A stretch of DNA of 42,692 nucleotides from Candidatus Gastranaerophilales bacterium (GTDB lineage: Bacteria; Cyanobacteriota; Vampirovibrionia; Gastranaerophilales; Gastranaerophilaceae), in NCBI GenBank assembly GCA_944322835.1, contig CALUQF010000001.1, positions 1-42,692 on the forward strand, given 5' to 3'. A program made the translations under genes and the position numbers. Below are positions 25,631 to 35,934 of the stretch, piece after piece (the first letter of the stretch is position 1; every line of letters starts with the position of its first letter). The notes below the pieces were generated by a model that had not been told where the DNA came from, did no database searches, and saw only the letters and a program-made list of their open reading frames with translations.

Positions 25631-27193
25631 ATGGGGAAGACATTTCTTAAAAATAATTGGCAGGTTATTGTATTTAATATAATCCTGTTTTTAGTATTTA
25701 TTCTCGCTTACGGCAGGTTTGGAAATGTAATAGTAGACTCGTTTAGAGAAGCTTATATCCCTCAGCAGATGATAAAAGGGCAGGTTTTGTACAAAAATAT
25801 TTTTAATATTTATGCACCTTTATCTTATATAATAAATGCTGTTTTATATTCTATATTCGGAACAAAACTATGGGTTTTATACACAGCAGGCTTTGCCGCA
25901 ACAATTGGAATCATTAATTTAACATTCAAGATTGCCGAACGATTTTTAGACAAAAACATTGCGCTAAGTATTGTGCTTTTTATAATCTCAGCCTCTGTTT
26001 TGTCCCCAAATGTTTTTAACTTTATATTCCCATATTCATACGGAATGTTGTACGGCCTTCTGTTTATTCTCTCATCAATTTATTTTATCCTGAATAAAAA
26101 ATATCCGTTCGCCTATTTTTTCTATTCTCTTGCTATATGTTCAAAATATGAATTTATTTTACTGCTTCCGTTATTAATATACGTAAGCTGTAAAAAAGAC
26201 TGGTGGAAAAATCTGATTGCCTTTATTTTGCCCTTAGTCATAACAATATTTCCACTAATTGTCCAAAAAGCGGGAATGAACAATATTTTCGCATCTTTCC
26301 AGATAATTATGCATATGGGAGCTGCAAAAACACTGCTCTGGTTTTATTCCTCAATGGGGCTGGTATTCAGATGGGAAATTATTCCTATATATTTATTCAA
26401 TTTTGCTAAAATTTTTATACCGGTTTATTTTCTTTATAGATTCAATACATATTGGCTAATCATACCCGTTCTCATATACCTTTATTTTATGGTAAATCCG
26501 GAAATACTTATTTATGCTTTTCCGTTGATTTTAATTCTTTTAGGGCACAGGTTCTTGAAAATAAATTCTGAAGCGCGATTATTTGTACTGGCAGGCATGC
26601 TCATTTCAATAAAGGTCTTTTTTGCTTTAACCTTAATGGCATACGGAGTATTTTTTATACCGTTTGCGCTGATTTCTATTTTTATACTTATACCAAATAA
26701 TTACAAAAAATCTGTATGTATTGTGACATTTTGCTGTGCGCTTATTCTTGGTATAAAAAATATTCATTCGCTTGCACAAAAGGATGTTAGAATTGCAACC
26801 GCACAGGGAACAGTTTTTTCCGATAAAAAATATGGAGAGCCTATAAATCAGCTTATTAAATATATTGAGACTTCAACAAAACCGGATGATAGAGTTGTAA
26901 TTTATCCGGAATGCCTGATTGTAAATTATATGGCAGATAGAAAATCTGATAACAAATTCTATTCTCTAATCCCTCTTTATGTTGAGACATTTGGTGAGGA
27001 TGTAATAATGCAGCGGCTAGAGATTACTAAACCGGAATATATTGTTATCAGCAACTATGATACCTCAAATTACTATTACTCCGCTTTTGGCAAAGATTAT
27101 GCAGGAAGAATAATTTTATATATTACAGAAAAGTATAAATTTCAAAAAAGCTTTGGTGATGATTTCTGTTTTTATGTGTATAAAAGAAAGTAA
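25631..27193 (+). CDS. Polytopic membrane protein, probable GT-C (ArnT/PMT-like) glycosyltransferase
   Basis: D..RE.Y after TM1, G.VLYK.IF..Y.PL motif, many TMs, C-terminal soluble domain (KPEYIVI). Confidence 0.65.
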   Translation: MGKTFLKNNWQVIVFNIILFLVFILAYGRFGNVIVDSFREAYIPQQMIKGQVLYKNIFNIYAPLSYIINAVLYSIFGTKLWVLYTAGFAATIGIINLTFKIAERFLDKNIALSIVLFIISASVLSPNVFNFIFPYSYGMLYGLLFILSSIYFILNKKYPFAYFFYSLAICSKYEFILLLPLLIYVSCKKDWWKNLIAFILPLVITIFPLIVQKAGMNNIFASFQIIMHMGAAKTLLWFYSSMGLVFRWEIIPIYLFNFAKIFIPVYFLYRFNTYWLIIPVLIYLYFMVNPEILIYAFPLILILLGHRFLKINSEARLFVLAGMLISIKVFFALTLMAYGVFFIPFALISIFILIPNNYKKSVCIVTFCCALILGIKNIHSLAQKDVRIATAQGTVFSDKKYGEPINQLIKYIETSTKPDDRVVIYPECLIVNYMADRKSDNKFYSLIPLYVETFGEDVIMQRLEITKPEYIVISNYDTSNYYYSAFGKDYAGRIILYITEKYKFQKSFGDDFCFYVYKRK

Positions 27194-27415
27194 ATCAGCG
27201 TATGTTGCTTACTTCAAGCTGAGCTCTAAAGAAACTTAGGACTGTTTTTATGTCCGGACACAGTATACTTCCCAGTATATACAAGTATTATGTGATATAA
27301 AGATATTATTCTATACCTTGAATTCAAACCGATATTAATATTTATTAACATTTCGACAAATTTAGATTTCTTTCTGGTTTAATATAATAGTGTAGTATAT
27401 TGTGGAGAAAATAAT

Positions 27416-28624
27416 ATGATTAGGTTAAATGGATTAAGTACAGTAAATTTTATCTCAAGACCGGCTTTTAAAGCTGAAGAAGCACCTGTTGAAAAAAGCA
27501 TGTCGGAATACAAAGAAACAACGAGTCTGGATGGAATTCAAGCTCTTGCTTCATACAATTTTAATATAATTAATAAAGCTGAAAAATTTGATGAAATAAA
27601 GCCGGTAGCATTAATTTATAAGCCTGGAGATAATATTGAAGGCGACAAAATATACGATTCAGAAGGAAAACTCAATTCAATTGTCAAAGAAGATGAGGAG
27701 ACAAGAACAGTTTATATTCCGGATGAGAGTGACGAAAATCTTATTTCAAATGTGAAAGTTATTGATAAAAACCGCGGAAATATTATTAAAGAACAGGAAA
27801 ATGAAATAGAGGACGGAAAATATACCGGATTCAGCTGGATTGGAGAATATTCACCAAAAGATGGCAAACTTTTACGTACAACCAGCTGGCAGGACGATAA
27901 GGCTGACCATATTTCAATGTCTAAATATTATAAGGATGGCGGTGTATCCGTTTCCAGGGATAATTGTGATTCCGAATACTACGTTTCTTATGACAGTGAT
28001 AAATATCGTTTAGGTATAACATTAGATAATGATAAACGTCCGCGTAGTTTTTGGGAAGAAAAGAAGCTTAATCATGTAAAAACTGTATCTACAGAAGCTT
28101 CATTCTATAACGGGAATTTAATTTCTGCATCTCAAACTAAAACTGTAACTATGCCAAATTCACTTGGGCGTGAAGTTTTTAATAATAATGAGCTTTCTCC
28201 TGCTAAAAAATATGTACCACAGATTGATTTAAAGGGTTATAAAGGTGAAAAGAGCTATTATTCAAATAACGTTATTGAAAAGAATATTATTAATGATGGC
28301 GAAACTACAGCTTTCTTTAATCCGGACGGTAGTTTAAAGACGGTTAAGACCGGAAATAAAGAAATAAGTTTTGATGAGAGAGGTTCTCAAGAAATTGTTG
28401 AAGATTTAGGTGAAGGGAAAACAAAAATTACTAAATACTATGAAGATGGCGATGGATATGTCGAATTAAAAACCAAAGATGACATTAAAACTGTATGGTT
28501 TGACAAGAACAAGAGACCAGAGTCATTTAGTTTGAGTGCATTAGATGAAAAAGGGGAAGAAACCAATTATAGTTCTTTGTATTATAATGATATTGGCATG
28601 CTGGAAGACACCTATAATTGCTAA
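27416..28624 (+). CDS. Hypothetical acidic protein with MORN/YwqK-like beta-hairpin repeats
   Basis: Recurring Y/F-x-x-DG-x-L units (YDSEGKL, YSPKDGKL, FYNGNL, FNPDGSL, YYEDG). Confidence 0.65.
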   Translation: MIRLNGLSTVNFISRPAFKAEEAPVEKSMSEYKETTSLDGIQALASYNFNIINKAEKFDEIKPVALIYKPGDNIEGDKIYDSEGKLNSIVKEDEETRTVYIPDESDENLISNVKVIDKNRGNIIKEQENEIEDGKYTGFSWIGEYSPKDGKLLRTTSWQDDKADHISMSKYYKDGGVSVSRDNCDSEYYVSYDSDKYRLGITLDNDKRPRSFWEEKKLNHVKTVSTEASFYNGNLISASQTKTVTMPNSLGREVFNNNELSPAKKYVPQIDLKGYKGEKSYYSNNVIEKNIINDGETTAFFNPDGSLKTVKTGNKEISFDERGSQEIVEDLGEGKTKITKYYEDGDGYVELKTKDDIKTVWFDKNKRPESFSLSALDEKGEETNYSSLYYNDIGMLEDTYNC

Positions 28625-28630
28625 TTTTCA

Positions 28631-29395
28631 TCATTTATCATATTTTTGAGCATATTTTACCAGAGCGTTAAAAACCTCTGGTAAAATTTTGCCTTCCCTT
28701 ACTTCTTTATATAAAATTAGTAAAGCATCCAGCCTGCTAAGTCTCTTTCTATAAACACGTGCTTCTCTAAGAGCACTGTATTTGTCTGAAATTGATACAA
28801 TTTGAATTCCTATGGAAGAGCTGATTTTTTCATTGTTTAAAGCAGGATATCCTGAATGTTTCAAGTTCTGATGATGGTATTTGACAAGCTCAAGTGTCTG
28901 CGGAGAAAGACTTTGGGTCTTTAATAATTCATATCCGAGGATTGAATGAATATTCATAATCTCGCGTTCTTTAATATTTAGTTTTGCGGGTTTATTAATG
29001 ATTTTTGACGGAATAAGAACTTTACCTAAATCATGGAGCATTGAAGCTTCTTTTAATGTAGTTTTATCAATATCCATATTTAAAGATTCCTGCAAAACGG
29101 AATATACTCCAACTGCTATGTTACAAGTTTCATTCATATGACCATATGCTAATTCTTTTAGTGTTTTTGTATGAATAAAAGGTTTTATTCTATATTTTTT
29201 TAACAGTCTCGTTATCCTTGGGTTTAACGCAATCATGCTCCTAACAAGATATTTTTGAAGCCGTTCATCCTGTCCTGTATTTAAAAAAGTTTTTCCCTTA
29301 GCATCTTTTAAGACAAAATAACTGTTCTTATTTATTTGAACAGCTCCTTTTAAACTTATTCTTTTTAAACTTGCGGGGTATTTTTTTAATATCAT
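28631..29395 (-). CDS. HD-GYP domain phosphohydrolase
   Basis: H...HDLGK, H...GY, HHQ.....GYP, D.Y.AL...RVYR. Confidence 0.85.
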   Translation of the reverse strand: MILKKYPASLKRISLKGAVQINKNSYFVLKDAKGKTFLNTGQDERLQKYLVRSMIALNPRITRLLKKYRIKPFIHTKTLKELAYGHMNETCNIAVGVYSVLQESLNMDIDKTTLKEASMLHDLGKVLIPSKIINKPAKLNIKEREIMNIHSILGYELLKTQSLSPQTLELVKYHHQNLKHSGYPALNNEKISSSIGIQIVSISDKYSALREARVYRKRLSRLDALLILYKEVREGKILPEVFNALVKYAQKYDK

Positions 29396-29526
29396 CTTCT
29401 TATCTTAATTATTCTAGTAACATAAGTTTACAATAAGAATTAAGTTTTTGCAATATTTATTCTCCTACTGGCGGTGTAAAAAAATATTTAATTAAGTATC
29501 CTTTTATTATAAAAAGGAGAAAATTT

Positions 29527-30060
29527 ATGACAGAAAAAAGATTTTTGAGTTTTGTTCTTATGGAAGGAATATTATTGATGGCTTTAGGTATTGCAATGCT
29601 TATGCTTCCAAAACTTACAACTTTTACTTTTGGGTTGCTTCTTTCTATTTCATTTGTTATCTATGGTGGATATAAAGCTATTAATGCTTTTATGACAAGA
29701 AACTATTCCAGACATTTTGCTTTAAATATGATAATTGGTTTATTGCTGATAACGATTGGTGTATTTTTGTTTCTTGCTCCAATGTTTAGTCTGATGCTTA
29801 TCACAAGTATTATAGGTATATATTTCTTGTTGGAAAGTATATCATCGACCGCTTTTGCTGTTCAAAACAGAAAAACTCTATATTTTTGGTGGGCTGGAAT
29901 TGTAGTGGGTATTATTCAATTTCTTTTAGGATTGATTGTGATAATAGCGTTACCTTCCAGTGCACTATGGGTTATAGGAGTTCTTGCCGGAATTAATTTT
30001 CTTATTACCGGCATGGCAATGATTAGTATGTATATTTCGACAAAATATATTTATAATTAA
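29527..30060 (+). CDS. HdeD/DUF308 family membrane protein
   Basis: Six short TMs, G..L..LG...L..P start, IGVLAGINFLITG; AAGGAG RBS. Confidence 0.85.
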   Translation: MTEKRFLSFVLMEGILLMALGIAMLMLPKLTTFTFGLLLSISFVIYGGYKAINAFMTRNYSRHFALNMIIGLLLITIGVFLFLAPMFSLMLITSIIGIYFLLESISSTAFAVQNRKTLYFWWAGIVVGIIQFLLGLIVIIALPSSALWVIGVLAGINFLITGMAMISMYISTKYIYN

Positions 30061-30243
30061 TATAAACTTTAATTGGAACAAATATCAGTATGGAGAAAAC
30101 TTCACACTGATATTTTAAAAAATTCTTCTATAAACTGTTTGCTGATATTGGTGATAATTGAAAGCCGGTATATGTTTATAAATCTCCGGGTTTTATTTAA
30201 GAATTTGTAATGGTATAATAGAATTTAATTAAAGGAGATTTAA

Positions 30244-31500
30244 ATGAGTAAATTGAGAATAGGTATTATTGGGCTTGGAACTGTTGGATGCGGTGTTTAT
30301 AAGACTTTACAAAACCATGAAAATATTGAAATAGTAAAAATTGCGGTTAAAAATTTGAATAAAAAACGCTCTGTTGAGCCGCCGTCTTCGATGCTTACGG
30401 ATAATCCGTTTGAGGTTGTTAATGATTCTTCGATTGATGTTGTTGTAGAATTAATCGGCGGAGTTGAGCCGGCTTACAGTTATCTGGAGGCGGCTATAAA
30501 GAACGGCAAGCATATTGTTACTGCTAACAAAGAGCTTTTGGCTAAAAGAGGTGCCGAGATTTTTAAGCTTGCAGAAGAATATAACAGGGTTATTTTATAT
30601 GAGGCTGCGATTGCCGGCGGTATTCCTATTATTATGCCTATAAAGACGATTTTAGCTGGAAATAAAATTAACAAAATCCATGCTATTTTAAATGGTACTA
30701 CTAATTATATTTTAACAAAGATGGATGTTGAAGGAGCCTCTTATGAAGATGTTTTAAAAGAAGCGCAAGAGTTAGGATATGCCGAGACTGACCCGACCGG
30801 TGATGTTGAAGGTTTTGATGCCGCGTATAAAATTACAACTCTTGCAACAATTGCTTTCAAGAAGAAGATTAAGCTTGAAAATGTTTACAGGGAAGGAATA
30901 ACCAAAATCCGCAAAGAGGATATGAAAGAGGCAAATGAATTCGGGTATAAAATTAAATTGATTGCAACAGCTTCTATTGATGAGAATAATAATGCGGATG
31001 TCAGAGTTCATCCGATGTTAATATCAAAAGATACAACTCTTGCGCATATAGATTATGTAACAAATGCGGTTGAATTAAACGGATTTCCGCTCGGTAAAGT
31101 TGTACTCTCGGGCCCCGGTGCGGGAGAATTCCCTACGGCAAGTTCTGTTGTCGGGGATGTTTTAGCAATAGAGGCCGAGTTTGGAAAAACAGATTATTTA
31201 CTTCCTATGATGAGGTGTAATCATTCGGAGGTGGCAAACCCAATTAAAATTGAGGACACATACAATAAGTATTATATTTCAATTACAGCACCTAATGCTA
31301 TTGGTGTAATTGCAAAAATCGGTACTATTTGTGCTAATAAAAATATAAGCTTGTCGAGTATTTTGCAGCGCGGAGTTTCAAAAGACAATACTGCCGACAT
31401 TACCGTAATTACTGAAAAATGTCAGGAAAAATTAATTCGGGAGGCTGTTGCCGAACTTACGGAATGCAGGATTAATAGTATTATAAGGGTTGCGGATTGA
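30244..31500 (+). CDS. hom: Homoserine dehydrogenase with C-terminal ACT domain
   Basis: GLGTVG, VTANK, EAAIAGGIP, NGTTNYIL, AQELGYAE.DP..DVEG.D, GPGAG..PTAS. Confidence 0.97.
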   Translation: MSKLRIGIIGLGTVGCGVYKTLQNHENIEIVKIAVKNLNKKRSVEPPSSMLTDNPFEVVNDSSIDVVVELIGGVEPAYSYLEAAIKNGKHIVTANKELLAKRGAEIFKLAEEYNRVILYEAAIAGGIPIIMPIKTILAGNKINKIHAILNGTTNYILTKMDVEGASYEDVLKEAQELGYAETDPTGDVEGFDAAYKITTLATIAFKKKIKLENVYREGITKIRKEDMKEANEFGYKIKLIATASIDENNNADVRVHPMLISKDTTLAHIDYVTNAVELNGFPLGKVVLSGPGAGEFPTASSVVGDVLAIEAEFGKTDYLLPMMRCNHSEVANPIKIEDTYNKYYISITAPNAIGVIAKIGTICANKNISLSSILQRGVSKDNTADITVITEKCQEKLIREAVAELTECRINSIIRVAD

Positions 31501-33470
31501 AAAAAAGAGTAATATTTATTCTTTTGTCTCTGATTTTTTTTGTTTTTGCTTTTTTTCAGGCAAAACCTGTTGAGACTGAACTTAATAAAGCTTTTATAAG
31601 CCCTGATTCTGTGCTCGTAAAACTTGCGGGATTATCTTCCAAATACTTAAATGTTATTATCGAATCTGATTCGGAAGAGGGGCTTGAGGAGATAAAGTAT
31701 TCTCTGCCGGAGGCCGAAGGGTTTGATGTTAAAGAAATTACCGATGTTTACAGGGATTATCCCGAAAACTTTTTGACGGACAGAACGAAAAATCTGATTG
31801 AAAAACGGGATTATAAAACACTTGAGGCAGAGAGTCTTGAAAGGGTGTATAATCCTTTGGGAATTTATATTGCGCCTCCTGATTCCGACCCGTATCTTTT
31901 CGCAACGGACTTTGCCAAGAAAAATTCGGGCGGAGAAGAAATAAAACAATTCAACGGCAAGTTTTATCTTTTAAAACGGTATAAGATAAATTCGTTAGAA
32001 GATGTAAAAAGTTTTATAGAGGTACAAAATTCTGCTAAAGAAGGGGCAATATATCTTGCGGGAGTTCCCGTGCATTCTTATATTACAAGCCAGAAATCAG
32101 CTTTGGAAATAAACGTCATTTGTTTGATTTCAACTTTTGCTTTAATATTTTTATGCCGGTATTATTTTAAATCCATCAAGATAGTTATTCCGATAGCGTT
32201 GAGTATTATGTACGGTTTTTTGCTCGGTTATTCTGTCTCTGTAATTCTTTTTCATAAACTGCATGTACTTACATTTGTTTTTTCAACCTCGCTTATCGGA
32301 ATAAGTTTGGATTATTCGCTGCATTATTTTCTGACCGGAAAAGAGGATGGGTTTAGAAAAAATCTTACAGCATCAATGTTTACAACAGTTTTTGCCTTTT
32401 TAACGCTTATTTTTTCTAATATGGAAATTTTAAAACAGATTGCAATTTTTACATCCTTTGGATTAATCGGGGTTTATCTTTTTGTATTAATTATGTTTTC
32501 TGAAAATTCCGAATTCAATCATGGTAAGTTCCCAACAATCAATTTAAGTAAATATAAGCCGGCATTTTTGACTTTTGTTATATTAGTAATTATATTTGGC
32601 TGGATGAGATTGAATTTTAATGATGATATCAAAAACCTTTATAAGCCGTCAAAAAATCTCATATCTTCCGAAAAGTTATATAAGGATATTTTTAATTCCC
32701 AAAGCAGCGAATTTATTCTCGTAAGAGGAAAAAATGTTGATGACATTTTGATACAGGAAGAAAATATGAAAATTAAAGACGGCGTATCGTTATCAAATTT
32801 TATCCAATCCAGCTCAAAACAAAAAGAAAACCAGAAACTCGTAAAACAGCTTTATCGGGAAAATCTGGCAACTTATGGGAAGTTTTTAGGTAAAGAGAAT
32901 ATTGAAAAAATCAAAAATAAGGATTTCAAGATTTATGACGTAGAAAAATTTCCGCTTAATCAGGAATTTATGCTTGATAGTGGTACATCTTATGTGATAG
33001 TAAACGGGCATAGACAGGGTTCGATTAGTCCTTCTGACGAGATGAGCCGGCATATGAAGGATTTGAGAAAAGAGTGTTTGAAGCTGGCGCCTTGCGTTTA
33101 TGCGGTTTTATTTATTTTGTTGTCTTGCTTTTTTGGTATTAAAAATTCAATAAAGATAATTATTTCGCCTCTTCTTGGCGTGCTTTTTTCTGTGGGGTTA
33201 ATTTCGCTTTTGGGAGAACAAATAAACCTGTTTAATATTTTGGCCTTGTTTTTGATTACCGGATTTAGCCTTGATTATTCAATATTTAGATTAAACAGTT
33301 CTTCTAAATCAAAGGATGCGGTCTTTATGTCAGCTCTATCAACAGCATTTTCGTTTTTGCTGCTTTCGTTCACCGGATTTAAACTCATAAGTACGCTTGC
33401 ACTCACTTTATTTTTAGGAATTACGATTTCATATCTCTTAAGTATATTTATGATAAAATCTAAATCATGA
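31497..33470 (+). CDS. MMPL/RND-like predicted exporter
   Basis: DPYL, H.LTFVFSTSLIGISLDYSLHY, LKQIA.F...GL, NLFNILALFLITGFSLDYSIF, SALST..SF.LL; two TM clusters. Confidence 0.8.
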   Translation: MKKRVIFILLSLIFFVFAFFQAKPVETELNKAFISPDSVLVKLAGLSSKYLNVIIESDSEEGLEEIKYSLPEAEGFDVKEITDVYRDYPENFLTDRTKNLIEKRDYKTLEAESLERVYNPLGIYIAPPDSDPYLFATDFAKKNSGGEEIKQFNGKFYLLKRYKINSLEDVKSFIEVQNSAKEGAIYLAGVPVHSYITSQKSALEINVICLISTFALIFLCRYYFKSIKIVIPIALSIMYGFLLGYSVSVILFHKLHVLTFVFSTSLIGISLDYSLHYFLTGKEDGFRKNLTASMFTTVFAFLTLIFSNMEILKQIAIFTSFGLIGVYLFVLIMFSENSEFNHGKFPTINLSKYKPAFLTFVILVIIFGWMRLNFNDDIKNLYKPSKNLISSEKLYKDIFNSQSSEFILVRGKNVDDILIQEENMKIKDGVSLSNFIQSSSKQKENQKLVKQLYRENLATYGKFLGKENIEKIKNKDFKIYDVEKFPLNQEFMLDSGTSYVIVNGHRQGSISPSDEMSRHMKDLRKECLKLAPCVYAVLFILLSCFFGIKNSIKIIISPLLGVLFSVGLISLLGEQINLFNILALFLITGFSLDYSIFRLNSSSKSKDAVFMSALSTAFSFLLLSFTGFKLISTLALTLFLGITISYLLSIFMIKSKS

Positions 33471-34516
33471 ATGATAGAACAAAACACAAACAAGAAATTA
33501 TAAGTGCTCTTTCGGACGCACAGAAAATTGCCTTTGCACCGCTTACTTTTCAGGCCGTTAATGCAATGCTGGAGTTTGGAATATTAAAAGAAATCGATTC
33601 AAACCCAGAGAGTGCCAATAATCTTATAAAAAAATTAAAACTTTCTGAATATACAGTTAAAACCTTGCTTGAAGTCGCCGAAATAACCGGTATTGTTAAA
33701 TGTGAAGGCGGAAAATATTCAATTACGCGCCTGGGGCAGGCTTTTTTATATGATGAAATGACCCGGGTTAATTTTAATTTTGTAAGAGATATCTGTTATC
33801 TTGGTGCTGATAAATTGGTTCAATCCTTTAAGAACGGCAGATCTGAAGGTTTAAAAGAAATTTATCCCGAGGCACAAACTATTTATACCCATATATCACG
33901 ACTGCCTGAGAAAATGCGGACAAGCTGGTATGAATTTGACCACTATTATTCGGATAACTCGTTTGATATAATCTATGAAATACTTAAAACCTCTGGAAAG
34001 ATTTTTGATATAGGTGCTAATACCGGTAAATTTGAGAGAGTTTGTTTAAAAAATAATCCTAATCAGGATATTACAATGATTGATTTGAAAGAAAATATTG
34101 AGTTTATAAAAAATGAACCGGAACTTAAAGGGTGTAAATTTTATTCAACTAATATTTTAAATCCGGAAGAAAGTCTGCCTCAAATGTCCGGTGCGGTTTT
34201 TATGAGCCAGTTTTTAGATTGTTTTTCAAAAGAGCAGATAATATCTATTTTAAAGAAAATTGCTAAATTCAGTGATGAAAGCATAAAAATCTTTATTCTT
34301 GAACCATTTATTGATATGCAGAAATTTGAAAGCGCAAAGTATTCTCTTATACATACTTCGCTTTATTTTACCTGTATGGCAAACGGATGCAGCAAAATGT
34401 ATTCTAAAAAAGATATGGAAGAGATGATAGGGCTTGCAGGTTTGAAGATTAATGTAGTTTATGACAAACTCGGAGCACATGATTATACATTGCTGGAGTG
34501 TATAAAAAATGTCTAA
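33467..34516 (+). CDS. Class I SAM-dependent (O-)methyltransferase with N-terminal wHTH-like dimerisation region
   Basis: AQKIAFAP, FDHYYSD, DIGANTGK, MSQFLDCFS, SLYFTCMANG.SKMY. Confidence 0.85.
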   Translation: MNDRTKHKQEIISALSDAQKIAFAPLTFQAVNAMLEFGILKEIDSNPESANNLIKKLKLSEYTVKTLLEVAEITGIVKCEGGKYSITRLGQAFLYDEMTRVNFNFVRDICYLGADKLVQSFKNGRSEGLKEIYPEAQTIYTHISRLPEKMRTSWYEFDHYYSDNSFDIIYEILKTSGKIFDIGANTGKFERVCLKNNPNQDITMIDLKENIEFIKNEPELKGCKFYSTNILNPEESLPQMSGAVFMSQFLDCFSKEQIISILKKIAKFSDESIKIFILEPFIDMQKFESAKYSLIHTSLYFTCMANGCSKMYSKKDMEEMIGLAGLKINVVYDKLGAHDYTLLECIKNV

Positions 34517-35375
34517 AAAATGGTTTCAGCTTGCAGAACGCGGAGCTGGAGAAAAAAGGCTTTTATTTAGTTATTGGACTTACAGAATGCTAGGAGAGAG
34601 GGCTTTGAAATTTATTGCTTTCTTTGTTTCACTTTCCGTATGGCTTACTGCTAAAGAAAGACGCAGGGCATCTTTTAAATTTTATAAATTTATCAATAAG
34701 CCGCCTTTTATGAGCTCTATTAAGCAGTTTTTGAATTACGGCAATTCACTTGTTGATAAATTTATTTCTTATACTGGCGATTTAGACCCTGAAATATTTA
34801 TTCTCAGCAATCCTGAAATATATAAAGGAAGTTTCTTTATTACAACGCATATCGGAAATATTGAGATTATGCGAAGCCTCATTGATAAACTACAAGGGCG
34901 GCGTGTGAATATATTTTTACAAGCAAATGCGTGCAAAGTTTTCAATAGTTTCCTTAATCAATTTGCAGTAAAGGTTAATGCCGAAGTTTTCCCTGTAGAA
35001 GATATCAGCCTAGATACTTCTATTATGATATCCGAAAGATTAAAAAATGGAGAACTGGTATTTATGGCAGGAGATAGAGTTTCTGCCCAGAATACCAATA
35101 TGGTATATGAGGGGGATTTTTTCGGAGAAAAAATCCCCCTGCCGCTTGGAACATTGAAGTTTGCTCTTTTGATGGAAAGTCCTATATATTTTATTGTTTT
35201 TGCAAAAGAAGGGAAAAAATACAGAATAAGTACAAGAAAATTTGAAAGTTACCGAGAGAATAAAAAAGATACATTGGAAGAGTTAAAAAAAGAATATTCA
35301 AAGTTTTTGGAAGAATATACTTCAAAGTATCCATATCAATTTTATCATTTTTATGACATAACATCACGAGATTAG
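34509..35375 (+). CDS. LpxL/LpxP-like lipid acyltransferase
   Basis: W....ERG start, HIGNIE (Hx4E), GDR, FFG....P.G, YPYQFYHFYD. Confidence 0.82.
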   Translation: MSKKWFQLAERGAGEKRLLFSYWTYRMLGERALKFIAFFVSLSVWLTAKERRRASFKFYKFINKPPFMSSIKQFLNYGNSLVDKFISYTGDLDPEIFILSNPEIYKGSFFITTHIGNIEIMRSLIDKLQGRRVNIFLQANACKVFNSFLNQFAVKVNAEVFPVEDISLDTSIMISERLKNGELVFMAGDRVSAQNTNMVYEGDFFGEKIPLPLGTLKFALLMESPIYFIVFAKEGKKYRISTRKFESYRENKKDTLEELKKEYSKFLEEYTSKYPYQFYHFYDITSRD

Positions 35376-35556
35376 TTTGTATTTTAAATAGTATAATATC
35401 TTTGGAGCAGCATGTTACATGAATTTATAGAATATAACGAAACCAATCAGTGCTTATTTGATTTATTTATGTAAATTTTTGTAACAAAAAGGCAAATTTT
35501 TAAAAGAAAATGTTTTTCATGTAATAGAAGGTACAACTCAAAGTTGGAGGTTTTTC

Positions 35557-35934
35557 ATGAATAATATTTATTTCAAAGGCTCTGAAACATCAGGAAGTGT
35601 TGCAAAAGTTAATCTTGCTCAAACAAGAAAATGCGCGGTTCCGGAACAAACACCTCCAAAAGATACAGTAAGCTTCCGAGGCAATATGGACAAATCTGAT
35701 AGCGCTGAAAGCATAGGTAAAGTTGCTGCAGGACTTGTTGCAGCCGCAGCATTAATTGTTGGCGGACTTGGATATGCTAAAAAGGCCGATTGGGTTAGTA
35801 AAATAAAGAATGAAAAAGTTAAAGACTTTGCTAACAAAATGACAGAACCTTGTTATAATGTTTGCAAAAAAACAAAGGATTTTGTAATTAAATACTATGA
35901 AAAAGTAAAAAACTATTTCTCTAAAAAATCTTAA
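35557..35934 (+). CDS. Hypothetical protein with single TM
   Basis: GGAGG RBS; DTVSFRG followed by hydrophobic VAAGLVAAAALIVGGLGY. Confidence 0.72.
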   Translation: MNNIYFKGSETSGSVAKVNLAQTRKCAVPEQTPPKDTVSFRGNMDKSDSAESIGKVAAGLVAAAALIVGGLGYAKKADWVSKIKNEKVKDFANKMTEPCYNVCKKTKDFVIKYYEKVKNYFSKKS

